Shown: in pieces, positions 48,940 to 61,500 of the stretch
Layout of the letters: each line of letters starts with the position of its first letter
Numbering within the stretch: the first letter of the stretch is position 1
NCBI GenBank assembly: GCA_036172245.1
Contig: JAYWIR010000008.1
Coordinates: 3,968,001-4,032,000 of the forward strand
DNA: 64,000 nucleotides
Origin: Raillietiella orientalis
Taxonomy: Eukaryota
Direction: 5' to 3'
The notes under the pieces: generated by a model
Databases searched by the model: none
Told to the model about the DNA's origin: nothing
Seen by the model: only the letters and a program-made list of their open reading frames with translations
Made by a program: the position numbers and the translations under genes

Positions 48940-51594
48940 AGCCCGGTGGACGCAGTCTCTTCCTCGTTCTCGACCGCCCCTCTCGCTCCACGCGCAGCGC
49001 TCCTCTGTGGCGAAGAAGCGCCGTGAGGGGACAAAGAGGAGGTGCTTTCGAGCCAGCCGCAGATCCAGGGCAGCTGCTGTTGGCAGCCTCATTCGCCGAC
49101 ACAGGTCTTCGGGATAGGGGGAGGGAAAGTGCGCGCACTGGCTCACCGATCCCCTTCTTCCCCATCTGTCCCAGCGACGGCGACGGCGACGGATGGCGGA
49201 GCCGGGAAGCACTCGGGAGACGCTGAAGCCGACGGAATCCCTCCGCCCCGGAGTCCAGCTACACGTCTGCCATCTTTCCGGCGGATACTTGCTCAGGGCC
49301 CTTCTGCATCACGCGATGCCTTCCTCTACCGGATGGGTCCGACAAGCGTGTCTTCCGATTCATGGAAGACGAGGCTCCGCCGCCTGGGAGTGGCAAGAGT
49401 GGAGGAGCGGACGCTTCCGGCTCGCGACCGCGGCTACCGGGCACCTCAAAGGGAGCGGCACGGGAGGAACCGCGTCCTCCTCCGAGCTCTGGAGGCGGGC
49501 GCGGAGGAGGACGCGGTTCCCCCTTCCCGCCGGAGCGCGGATCTCGAAGGAGATTTTCGCGGATGCTCGCGAGGTCGGGCCTTCGTCCGCCAACAGACTC
49601 GCGCGCAAGCGGATAGGAAAGCAGGAGGAGCAGCCAGGAGGCGCTGCTCTTCTCACCTCTCACAGACGTGCAGCACACTTCTGCAGCTCTTCAGCTGCAG
49701 AAGTAGGACTCACTGACTTCCCAGCAGCATGGGTTCGCTTGGGCACGAGGGAATTCGTTCGTGTTCCCGGCGGGCACTCCCCCTTGAGGGTAAGGGAGCG
49801 GCATGGAGGGAAGGCTCTAGGAGTTTGCTGACCATCCGCAGCTGGCATGATGCACCTTCTCTTCGAGCAAAAACTGCAAACGGAAAGACAGAAATCGCAG
49901 GTCGCGACATCTATGAACCGGAAAGACAACTACTTCCGACCGAGGGGATGCCGTCGCCAAGCGAGAACTTTATGAATGAACGCGCAGACATGACTCCTTT
50001 CCAGATGAGGACCACTATTAACAAAAAAAATAGATAAAATAGAAAATTTAGCTTTCTTTAGATTTCGTTCAAGGCTCAAGGGACATCAGCGAGCCAAAGA
50101 CTCACCGTCCGCGAAAGAAAAAATTCCACCCGCCGCGCTTTCTGCGCGTGCGTGATGCCTTGTGAAAAGCGACGTCTGCAGAGCGATGGAAGAAAAAAGG
50201 GCGGCCAACAGGGCGTTGGCGGAGGCTCAGAGGAGAGTGGCTTCAGAGAAAACCGAAATTCCGAGAGGCCCCCATGCGGACCTGCCGCCGCTGCCGGACA
50301 CGAAGAGAGAGAGAGGCGCTCCCTGCTGTTCTTAAGGAGAAAGGGGGGGGGAAGAGAGTTCCTTTCCAAGAATAGGGGCAGAGGGCATCGCAAGCTGAAT
50401 CCAAGGAAACGACTTTCCTCAAGGAAGACCGACACGCCTCCCTAGCTCTTCCGAAAAGCACTCGAGCGAGATCCGCAACACGAGGAAGCAAAGAGGGAGT
50501 GGCCGTGTCCCGGAACTCCCGTTCCGAACCCGCAGTCGAACCAGCAGGTGCACCTCGAAACGAGTAGCCAGTGCGCTGCAGCAATCATCTTCATCAAACT
50601 GGATCACATCTGGAGGCGAATCCGCGACGGCAGTTGCATGCACGCAGCGTGTCCAGCAAAGCAGGTGACGGCGTCTCGTTGCCATGGATTCCCGAACTTC
50701 CCAAAGAGGGAGGGAAGCTTTCCTCCGTTCGCTGTCGGAGGAAAAAAAAAGGGGGGGGGGAATCTCCAGCCTTCCGGTCGGCCGGCGAAGCTGCCGGGAC
50801 CAGCAGGTCCTCTTCTTCCTTGCCAGATGGACCAAGCCCTGCGGGGGAGGGCTCCCTACCCGCCACGGCGCGAAGGTGGAAGGGTGCTCGCCTTCCTACC
50901 TGCCTCCTCTAGAAGCCGCTGGCGGCGAGATGCGGCGCCCCTGCAAGAGCGGCACCGACACCGCCTGGGCCTCTCTTCGGGAGCGGAGGGATGGCGGGGC
51001 CCATTTTCGCAGACGAGCGGCGCTCTGAATTGGCCGGAAACCGTTCGTGGCGGCCATTCCCTTCGGGACGGACGCAATCGCCAGACGTCTCATCTGTTCG
51101 AAATGGGTCACCGAGTGCGTGCCCGCGTCTCGGGAACCTCCGATAATGACCCTTCCCTGGTGCCCACTATGGGAATGCGGGGAAGACGACGAGAAAGGGA
51201 GGCCACGTGTCGCAAACGAGGGAGGAACCGCCGCCGCCATCATCGCTCCTCGGCGGAAGCTGAGCGGAATCGCGAAAGATCACATGGCGGTCGTTAACAG
51301 GGGGCGCTGCCGCGAGAGAGCCTGAAGTTGGTTCGATCGCCCCGGAAGGGGGTCGGTCCGCTTCCCGCGGGGGAGGCGAAACCGGAAGTCCAAGCCGCAG
51401 TCACTTCCGGTTCGCTGGTTTCAACAAGCCGCACCCTTCCCTGAGGAATTCATCCTGTTTGAACCACCCCCTTTTCGAAAGCGCTCCTACTCCAAGGCGC
51501 CTTGCTCAGAAGCCCTTCCTTGTTCCCCCCCCCCTTCCTCACCCCTACTTTTCCCCTTTGCGCTTTTTTTGAGGGAGGAAGGGGGAAGGATTCC

Positions 51595-52257
51595 TTTTTT
51601 TTCTTGGGGGAGGGGAGGTCTCAAGGAGTGCTGAAGAACCGTTCTTAGGGGGTGGCCCGCAAAGCTCTCTGAACACGCTATGCGTGAGACTCTGTTAGGG
51701 GGCAACTCCATAGGGACCACCCCAGTTAATCCATGAGGGCTCCGAAGGAAGGGGTCCGTTCCTCTGACTCCTGGGAGGGGATCCTCTCCCAGTTTGTCTC
51801 CGAAGGAAACCCCGTGGGGATTTTCTCTCTTATTCTCTCCGGAGGGATCCTCTGCAAAGGATCCGCTCCTTGTTTTCTCCTCCTCTGAAGGGAGCAGCGC
51901 TTCTGGTACTCTGGAGAGGCAGCCCTCGGAGAGGAAAAGGGATCAACCTGCTTTTTTCATGGTACGCGATGAAGGGTCATATCCCAAGAAAGGTGACGAC
52001 TCCATGTGCACAATAGGAGGGGAACACTGAAGGGAACTGGCTCCTTGATGTCCTGGAAGGGTCAGCTCCCAATCCTGGCTAATCATCTGGGGAGCACCCG
52101 GTTTCCAACGCGCACGCGCGTCCCACCAGCGTGCCCGAAGCCCATAGACCAACCGACGTCACCATGAGGGGAGGACTCGAAGCCCACAATGCACCCCCCA
52201 TTCTCGGCGTCGACCCTTCACGACAGCAGACGCAGGCCAGGAGGCCGCCAACGCGGG
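51595..52257 (-). mobile_element. SINE-like element, copy S5 (B-box region deleted)
   Basis: CCCGCGTTGGCGGCC head start, gtgacgtcggttggtctatggg, body repeats and tail gtgctgaagaaccgttc shared with S1/S2. Confidence 0.85.
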
Positions 52258-52739
52258 AGATTCCCCAGGACACGCCGTGGGACGAGGCTGACCTTAGATT
52301 TGCGCCGCCGGCGCAAATGGACCAAGCCTCGCCGACGGGAGGTCAGGGGTAACCGCGGGAGGAAACGGGCGGCGCGGTTCAAGCAGGTCCGTTTCTGGAG
52401 AGGGGTGCCACCCCAGTATCGGCACAATTTCTTCCTCCTCGGACTCCCAGGACATCGGGACCCCTGGACCACGGAGTCCCCACCTCTCTGCCCACCGCCG
52501 GAACTGACACCACCAAGCAGTGCGGGTGGCGGACAGCCCTCCCCTTTACTTCTTTTGGCGCGACTCTGGTTATCCCGCGGACACGCGATGTCTTCCTCTC
52601 GTGGCACGCTGTCCTCTCTTGCTCCACTTGCGAGAGCCACCTATCCAAACGCAGGAAACCCGTCGGGGCCAGGGCAGGTGTCATTCACGAACGCAGGGCC
52701 ATACTCCGTACGAGGGCACTCCGGAAACTAGGGCTTGGG

Positions 52740-53570
52740 GAGGAACTGAAGGTGAGATGCGTACAGATCTGAATTCAAGGACCCACGCAGGTTGGACCGC
52801 CGCTAGGTATCTTGAAACTGACGACTGAAAGAGCCCCCGCGAGGAAGGGCAGGCACTGCCGGAGGCTGGTGAAAGAAGGAGTCATCATCAGCATTGGAAT
52901 GGCTCCAGAAACTACACCCCACTGGGTGGTTGGGGACCAGCAGCAGAGTGGAAGTCAGGGAACTGAGCTATCCCGCGCCCGCTTCCCTTCTCTGGAGGCC
53001 TCGCTTCCAAGGTGGGGATGGCAGAGAGCTTCCTGGATGGGCCGAAGGTTGGGTTCATCGCCCGGAGAGATGGCGCACAGCTCTCTGCAGCGGCTCCATC
53101 CGATCGCGGCCACGCCAACCGCGCAGGAGCGCAGTGGGCGCGGAGCGTTCGGGTTTATTCCCGGAAAGTAGCGGTTTCCGAGGTCTTCCTGGACAGCGGC
53201 ACTTGCTGCTTCTCGCGACGGGTCTCCTTTTACCCCGGGGCGTCTCCCGTGCGATCCTCGCCACGAGCGGGAGACCTGCCTCGCACTGCGACGAGGTGAC
53301 TCTTTCGTGCACAGCAGTGGCGCCGTGATGGCACCCCTGGCCGCAACAGGAGGTGCTCCGAGAAGACGGAAAGGAGGGGAGTTCCTGCGGCCGCCGCCGC
53401 AGGTTGACCGGATAGCAAGTGGCCTCGTCGGTACACAGCCGACGGGGAAGGATTCTGCCCCGCAAAACTGGGAAGCTGTAGGGTGCCGTAGGTTGCGGGG
53501 ATCGCTGTGATCCCTTCCCTCCCCTTAGCAACCATGGATTTTTTTTTTTGTCTCGTTGCCTTCATCGTCC
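52740..53570 (+). mobile_element. More diverged L1/Tx1-like LINE 3' fragment, copy 5
   Basis: RKGRHCRRLVKEGVIISIGMAPETTPHWVVGD and LLLLATGLLLPRGVSRAILATSGRPASHCDEV parallel copy 3; ends gtgatcccttccc followed by a T-run. Confidence 0.55.
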
Positions 53571-55391
53571 TTCTCCCTTTTTCGCTCACCTGGGGGGAGC
53601 TGCACCGAACGAACGATCCGCGAACTTAGTCTCCGGAGATTTCTGCCTCCAAGCGTTCCTGTTCGTCCGGAGGCAGGATCACTGGTCTTCGGGATCCTTC
53701 GACAGAGTCGCCTTAGGGCGGAGCGGGAAACAGGCCTCGTCTACGCCTGCGATCGAGAGGATTAAGAAGATCCCTTGAGGGTCGAAGGGGTGTGCTCTAA
53801 AACTTCCGGAATGAGACTCGTCCCTTCGCGACCAGGTGGCGGAGTCCCGCGTCGTCTCTCCGGAAAGCCTCATCTTCCCCCCCCTCATCAGAGCTCGTTG
53901 CCTTGAAACTTCCGAATCCAAGGATGCGCTCCCGAGATGCGGAACGTGCGATCTCTTCAGCTCCAGTGAGCTTCCTGAGTCCCTCGCGAGGGCGGGGAAG
54001 CGTCTTCGCGCGGCGCTCGCGATTTCCTGGAGCGTTCCGGAAGTTGACCGGAAAGTTTTCGTAGGGACGGGGAGAGGGGGAGTTCATCGTTGCTGGCGTC
54101 GAAGAATGGGAGGGGGGGGGGGTGAGAATGAGACATGGAAGTGCAGATCGTTGGTAGGCGACCCGCGGAGCTTCCGCTCTGCGCCGAGTTTATCCGGGCC
54201 TCCTCCCTCGAGCTGACTTTTCGCAGATCCCCGCCTCCGCCCCTAAGCTCCCCTCGCATCCATCTCACATGCCCCCTTGCGTCCGTTTCCGGAAGGAGGC
54301 GTTCCCCCGCCCTCCCGTCTTGGAGCCATCTACATCTACTTCCCTTTGCAGGTCTTTCACCACAGCCATCTCCTTGGGAAGAGCTTCCTATCTTCCTGGC
54401 GCAAGAAGCTTCTCGTCTCCACCTTCCTTCCTTTCCTCCTCGGGATGGGAACTCCCTCAGATTGGGAACGAAGGATCCTCTCCTTCCTCCTCGTCCTCTC
54501 TCTTCCTCCTCTCCTCCCTTCCTCCTCCTCCCCTCCATTTCACGGGGAGCTCTGTAACCAGAGCTGCTGGAGCATTTCCGCGTCTCGTTCCTCCACGAGG
54601 ACTCATTCTCTCCTTCCATCCCGAACCTTTTTCGGGGAACGCGGGCGCAAGGAAAGCCCATTATTTTTCCTTCACACTCGCGGGAACTTTTCTACCCACA
54701 AAGTACGGCAATCGAGTTCCATTGTTCTGGAGGAGCGCCAAGCAATATCTTCCTTTGATATTCCTCTAGGGTTACATCTGATAACACATTCTCCTCGGTT
54801 CCATAATTTACAACATTGTAAAACGCTTATGTGTGAGCTGCTGCAAAGTTGCAGCAATCTGCCTTCCCCCTCCTCCTCTCCTCTCCGCCCTCCTTTTCCT
54901 CGCGCGGAGCCGCGCGAGGCAGCCTGGATCTTTCTCCTCCGAGCGAGCGGTTCCCCCGGTCACTTGCGAGGGGCCGGGGATCAGCAGCCACCCTGTCCCA
55001 ACCGATGGGCGGCGACGGCGGCGACAGCACGCTCGCGGAGACGGTGCGCCTCGCTCGGGATTCGCTCCCCAACCAGGAACGAAGGGAGAGAGGGAGGACG
55101 GTCGATGAGCGGCCCTGTCCGGATGGCGTTCTGGAGGGAGAGAGATGGGCCGGGAATGCGCGCCGCTGGAGGGGAGAGGGCCTGCAGGGGAAGGCCACCC
55201 TTGAAGATGCCCTCTCGAAAGACCAGATGGATGCTACACTTGGCTCGAAGGCTTCCGGGGGGGGGGGGATAAAATAATATCCTCCGCCTGTGACGTCCCC
55301 TTTCCTTTTTTCGCCATGGGCGGATCCCAGCAACTCTTCAGCTGGTCGAAGTCGTCTGCAGAATTCCTCCACACCAACATTCTTCCTGAAA

Positions 55392-55782
55392 AGTCCGCTC
55401 CCCGAAGAGAGCAGCAGCCCTCTGCTTCACACTCTGGAGGGGTATCGATCCACCAGCTTCATGGAACGCGATAGAGGGTCGTCCCCCGAGGGGGAGAACA
55501 GCCTCATTTTCACAACCGGAGGGGAACTCCCGAAGGGTTCCTTGGTTCCTGGAAGGACCCCGAAGGATCGACTTTCCAATCCCGGCCAGTCAGTGGGGCA
55601 TCCGGCTTCCACCAGTGCCGCCGTCGCCGCCGCCCGAAGCCAACCAGCGTCATCTTGCGGGAGAGTCTCGAAGTCCACGACGCACCTCCCGTTTCCCGGT
55701 GTCGATCCTTCCTCCCCCGGGCGGGATTCGAGTCCGCGACGTTCGGTACGCCACGCGCGGAGGCCGCAGCCACGCGGTCGCT
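55392..55782 (-). mobile_element. tRNA-headed SINE-like element, copy S6 (5' half)
   Basis: GCGACCGCGTGGCTGCGGCCTCC...GGACTCGAATCCCGCCCGGGGGAGGAAGGATCGACACCG...CAAGATGACGCTGGTTGG. Confidence 0.9.
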
Positions 55783-57299
55783 CTTCCCCGAATGGCGGCG
55801 CTCTTCTGAGCAGGAGGCGGTTCCGACAGCTCCATCCAACACATAGGAGGGCGCGAGTGGATGCGGAAAAATGCGAAGCTCCGGGACCCCCGGACGTGGG
55901 AATTTCCGGGAGTATTAAATGGCTGACTGCACAGGAATCCAGGGAAGCCGCCGCACCTCCGCGAGGCGCTCTTGAAGTTCGAAGTCGGAAGCTCTACCCC
56001 TCCCCCCCTTCCCTGCTCCTCGTCTCCCAACTGGATTTCGGGAAAAATTCCAAGGACTCTCCGTTTTTGGCGTCAGGCAGTCTGGCACGCCGAAGGGCGT
56101 CGAATAGTTGGACCTCTGTCAACGGGACCTCTGTGGCCGTTCGACGTCATGACGCGGGGCGTTGGCAGCTCCTCTCCGGCCGCGTTACAGACCTCTCTGA
56201 GGGAATCGCTGCCGGACGCGATCCGAAAAGTCTGCGCACGTATCGGGACCGCTTTCGGTTTCCTCGTGGGTGGATGATAACCCGAGGGAAAGCAGCAGTA
56301 CCACGTCCTGGTCGCAGCTGCTCGAGGGACGAAAGGGAAGGCCGTCGCACTCCTCCTCGCGGCTCTCCTGCGGGGACCGCTGCCTGCCGCTGTCCTCGGG
56401 TTTGCTCTGTCCCCGGCCGTCAAGGAACAGCCCGGCACGACAAGCAGGTCGTGCGTCCGCGGGCAAAAGCGCTCACACGCTTTCCGCCGGGAGCTGCGGT
56501 TCGCGCGCGTCGAGGCCGGTCGGCTTTTCCCACACGTGGCGCCGAGGGAAAGGCGGGCGTGTGAAAGCGGGCCGTCTCCTTCGGCGCCCAGGAAACAGGC
56601 GGCGTCCCTCCCAAGGCGGCAGGTGTGCTCAGAGGCGGCGATCCGTCACCCTGGTTACGCGAAGACGTCACCGAAGCGAGCAAGCGCGCCGCTCCCTCCG
56701 AGCGTGGGTCGAGGACCGCCTCCAGGGTCCGCTGTTGGCGACCTCCTTGGGAACCTCGTTCGCGGCGCGCGGGGAGCCTCCGCGCCGACCGGCTGGTTGC
56801 CTTCGACGCGGGGAAGACGGGACAGGAGGGAAACGTCGCGCGCGCGCTCCCAGGGAGTGCCACGCTCGGTCGGAGACTTCGCAACGCCGGACGGAGAGAG
56901 CCTGCATCTGACCTCAAGCAGCCGCCTAGCAGCTTCCACGCGACGTCTCTCCCCCTCAACAACAACAACAGCAAAGAAAAGAAGAAGAAAAAACGCGGGT
57001 CGTGGCGGCGCTGGATGCAGGAATGGATGGCGGCGGCTGCCCTTCGTGCTGCCGGTTCGCCTAACCACCTCCAGGGGTTGCCGCTTTTCCGCATGGGTGC
57101 CCCCCGCGCATTCCGCGACGCGAAGGCAGACACGCCGGAAGCAAATGAGCGTCTCCGGAGACACTTTCTCGCGGAGCGGCCTCGCAGCAGCCTGCTAACA
57201 AGAAGCTATCCATTCTCATTAGCACGATGATGAACGGTCAGAATGCCTGCAGTCCCAGGCATCATCCCTTCCTTCATCCCGGTACAGTTCCGCCACCCG

Positions 57300-57600
57300 C
57301 AAGATCCCGGAGGAATGCGTGTGCCAATCTCTGTACGTAGCCGAGAAAAGATTTTCGACAGGAGATTCTCGGCGTCTGAGGCGCCCGGTCCAAGAGGGAA
57401 GGGGCACTCTGCAAGAGTGCGTTAAGCCACTGGCAGATTGGTTCCGGAAGATGAAGAGAGATAGACAGATGGAATCAAGAGGGCAACCAAAACTGGGAGA
57501 GGAATCTCAGAGCGGGCTGCTGGGTGCATCGGGCGTAACCAGGGTGTTGGCGTCAGCCGCTTCCGATGATCCAAGACGCTCTCTGCGCTTCAGGCGTCAT
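57300..57600 (+). mobile_element. Decayed RTE-like ORF2 C-terminal relic
   Basis: LYVAEK...RRLRR...DW...GLLGASGVTR resembles the RTE LLYGxExW...RLxWxGHVxR region. Confidence 0.35.
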
Positions 57601-59339
57601 GAGAATGCTCCATCTCTAGAAATGCTAGATGAATCAGTCGGTGGAATCTCGCGAACGGGTGCCTTGATGAAGCCATGCACGGTCGCTACGGCTCTTTCCT
57701 GCATTCCGGAGAATCTCCCCCCTCCCTCCCCCCGGCACACACACACACACACACACTCCTTATACGAAACTTCGTCATGATTGATTTGAATCTTCTGACC
57801 TTTCGGAACAGAGCACATGCTTATTTGAGTATTCTCACCTGAAGGAGCAGACGTAAATCTTTGCCTTTTTTTTTTCTCTCTCTTGACAAATGCTGACCAC
57901 ATGTTTCGTATGCAAATCTTTTGAAAAACACCGTAGCTCTTAAACATTCCGTGGAATTTGTATTGATTTGCTGCGTAATGGTGGCTGGTATGTTTCAGCC
58001 GCCCAATATTATTATTCTCTGATGGAAATTGGCAGCTGCGAAGTTGGAAATGCCCTTCATGCATCGGAAAAGGCTGCTGTGCTGGATCATTCCGTCGTAT
58101 CAGGTTTGCCGAAGAGATGCCCGGCGTGATTCGAGACCCGTGTCATCTAGTGCCCAGTTGTGCGAACTACTTTAGCAGTGCAAGCGGTCCACAGATGACT
58201 CTTGAAGTGCTGCGCACACTTCCCCCGAAGCGAATCTCCCGAAAGCCGCCGCCAAAATGCAGTCCGTGCTGCTGCGTCAGGAAGATCAAATGTGATCTCT
58301 GATTATAAGTAAGCGTGATTTACTCTCCCTTCGTTAGCAATGCAGTCCGAGAGACCTCTTTGAGGAATGGTTTATGCGCCGCGCAGAATTTATAATTAAT
58401 AAATTACTTCATCGTATGATTTTTGGGTGTTTTTTTTTTTCCCCCTCTTCCTCCCTCGTAGCTAAGAAGTCGCATTGCAAGCGTTTTTGCAGCTCCGCGT
58501 TTTCTCTCAAAGCCCATTCAGTTCCAAAAAGGAAAAGGAAAAAAAAAAAAGAGGAAAGAAGAACGGCTCGAGAACGACAAGGGAAGGAGGGGGACCACGG
58601 AGTTCGAAGTGTCCGCTTGGCCAGAATTACAGCTTCGATGTTTCGCTTTGCTTTGTCATCGTGGAGATTAATTGACCAGGCACGATTCGGAAGGGGTAAG
58701 AGGATGCCTGCTCTCTCCGCCGATCGGAGGCACGGCGAGGGCACCCGGAAACTTAATTAGCAGGCCCTCGTCGAAGGCGCCGGAGAGCCCTTCCTGCTTT
58801 CGTTCCCGGAGATCGGGAGGTCGTGTCCAGCTCATGGCTTGATGCGGAATTTATGTGTTAATAAGGCCGCGATGATAGCGCCAAAGGCTTCGAGGTGCTG
58901 CCATACGGGTCGTTCCGGTAATGGCAGTCCTGCCCTCCGGGAGCGCCAAAGCTTGGTCCCACGGAGCTTCCAGGCGGTCTGGGGGGCTCGTCCTTCGAGG
59001 TCGCCGAAGGACCGCCCCGAGCGTTCCCTGGATGCTACGCCCCCGTGCGGACGAGCGGCATGTGACGGGAGGAGACCTATCCTGGACGCCCCCCTTGACC
59101 CCCCCAGACGCCAGCGGGCGGTGCCCCGCCGCGCCCTCACGTCCGAGACCGTGGCGGCGGCGGCTGCCGGGGGCGGATGCCACGAAAGTTCGGAAGAGAC
59201 CACGGTGCAAGGGCGAGTTGCCTCGGAGCGTGACGCGGAGAGGGAACGCCCCAGGCGCAGCCCGCGGCGACAGCGTGAGGGGGGCGCCCAGCCAGCGGGA
59301 GACGCTCACGCAAGGAGACTTCCCGGGAGCGACCTCGTC

Positions 59340-60110
59340 CCGTCCGTGTGATCCAGGAGGGCGCGTCCACCACCGGCCTCGCCTCCGGGCGGTGGCTCCT
59401 CAGCGCCTTCCGTCCCGAGGGGCGCGATCAGCAGCGGAGGGAGGGAAGGGCGCGGGGGCTTCTTCCGCCCAAGGACTCCCTGAGAGGCCAGGCAGGCTTC
59501 CAGCCACAGGCGGCGCGTCGGAGTTTCTCGGTGCGCCCTCACTGCGTCCCGCGGGCACGCGAGGGGCGGGCGATCCTTCTTGATGCTAGGGGCGTCCGCG
59601 ACAGGCGGGATGGAGGTGCAGGGAAAGAACGGTCCCGCCCACGTGGTCCGGCCCTTTCCCAGCCGAGGTCCAAGCTGAGGAAGGGAGGATCGCCCGTGGC
59701 AACAGCTTTGGCCACCTTTTTCCCTTCTGACCTCTCTCGATCCGTCATAGGGTGAGAGGAGGCGGGAACGGGCGAGCGTGGCGCCTCCCTGCACGGGTTG
59801 GGGCCTCCGCTCGAGAGGCCCCGGTCTACCGCCAGGTGCTGCGCCCCGGCGCTCTCCACCTAGCGGGGTGCAGTGTCCCTTCCTCTTCCCGGGGTCCCTC
59901 GAAAGCCGCGGGACGAATGCTGCCCTCGCCTCCCCCTCCTTGATCGAGGGCGAAAAGGAGGGGGTGTCCCTGCACCAGCACGCCACCTTAAGGATCTCAC
60001 CCTTGGCTCCGGTGGCTGCCTGCATGAGAGCGCGAGTGCGCGAGAAGCGGTCGGATGACCTCCCTCGCCGTCCCCAAGGCAAGGGAGGAAGGCATCCTGG
60101 GTTTCGGAAC
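59340..60110 (+). mobile_element. Decayed, very GC-rich non-LTR RT core relic
   Basis: QAGFQPQAARRS...AILLDARGVRDR (QxGF; LDxxxAFD), QVLRPGALHL (QGxxLxP), LRISP, GILGF (YLG-like), in RT order. Confidence 0.55.
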
Positions 60111-60894
60111 GCTCCCTTCCCTCGGGGCAACCGGGATGCAGCTTCCCTGTTGCTCTCAGGGACCTTCGGAGTTCGCGATAGTGCGGTCCCTTCGCTTTCC
60201 TTCCGTCCGGGCGCCATCCGCCTGCACCGTCGCGCCTGTGCCGCCTCCCTCGCGCGCGCTTCTTTGACGGGCAGCACTCGCGAGGGGGGGAGCCGAAGGA
60301 CCGACCCCACACGTAGAGGCCTCCGAGTCGCTCCGGAAGGGCCTGAGGGTGATCCAGGACTCGGGAGGAACAAGGCAGGCGAGCGAACCCTTCGGGAAGG
60401 AAGAGATAGGGCGAGAAGCACGGAGGTGGGGCGGTCCATGGCCAATGGATCCCCTTCCGAAAGGGAACGGGAGGTCACGGAAGTCACCTTCCGGGATGCT
60501 GTTGCCGTTTTCCTGCCGGGAAGGGGAGGTGGCACCCCTTCTTCCGCCTCTCCAAGGAGCCCCCCGGCAACCGGGGATCACCCATGGGGCTGCTCGGGAG
60601 AAAAGGGTCGGTGAGGTCGGGGGAGGGGTAAGAGAGAGTCCGCAGGCCGGTCAGGAGAAGAAGGGCAGGGCCCCCTCGGCCCCTCCGAGAGTTTCGCTGC
60701 CCCCCACGAAGTGAAAAGGGAATGACGAAAATAGGGGAGAAGTTTTCCATGGAAGATGAAAAGAAAGGGCGGAGCGAAACCGAGTCGGAAGATGAGTTAA
60801 AAATAGCACGACAATGAAGGGCAAATGCGGAGCGAAAACGGGAATGAATGGGGGGAGGGGAGGGGGGGGGGGAACAAAGTCAAACGGAGCGAAA

Positions 60895-61500
60895 CAAAGC
60901 ACGGCTGAAAGCGGAAAGCAAAAATGAAAGCAAAAAAAAAAACAAGAATGAAAACAAAAACTAAAAATAGAACGAAGCTAAAAATAGAACCAAACTATAA
61001 GTAAATATGCACCCAAATAAATTAATAATCGCTGATAAATTATCGCTTTAAATGAAAAAAAAAGGCAAATCAAAAGGAAATAAAAGAAAAGGGAAAATAG
61101 TAAAAACAAAAAAGAATCAAAAATGAAAACGAAGGAAAATAAAAAGAATAGTAAATAAAACTAAGAATAAAAACGAAATGAAACTGAAAACAAAAATAAG
61201 TAGAAAGATAAAAATACAAATAAAATCAAGAATAAAAATAAAAAGGAACAAAAACCAAAACCTGGAGCAAAAATAGGACCAAGAGCAAATCCAAGAATAA
61301 AAAAAGACTAAAAATCAAAACAAGAACAAAATAAAAAAGAATAAAAGAGACACAGGAATGAAAATAAAAAAGCAAAAAAACAAACAAAAACAAAAAGAAT
61401 GAAAATAAAAACAGAAATAGGAATAAAGGCAAAATGAAAGCAAGAATAAAAATAAAAAAGAACAAAAATGAAACCAATGAAAGACGGAGACTAAAGGCAG
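60895..61500. repeat. ~600-bp A-rich low-complexity tract (AAAAT(A/G)-like units)
   Basis: aaaatgaaaac, aaaataaaa, aagaataaaa repeated; this explains the spurious Phe/Leu-rich ORF 61226..62227. Confidence 0.92.

Noticed and set aside
55290..56564. Long ORFs (e.g. 424 aa here; also 4270..5517, 46200..47360, 59306..60535)
   Set aside because: Arg/Pro/Ser/Gly-rich, overlapping in several frames and running across repeat boundaries; expected by chance at this GC content.
57940..58060. Ionotropic receptor S1 fragment (FRGICIDLLR)
   Set aside because: Short and bounded by stops. The opposite strand reads ENNNIGRL...AANQYKF, which fits an RT relic equally well.
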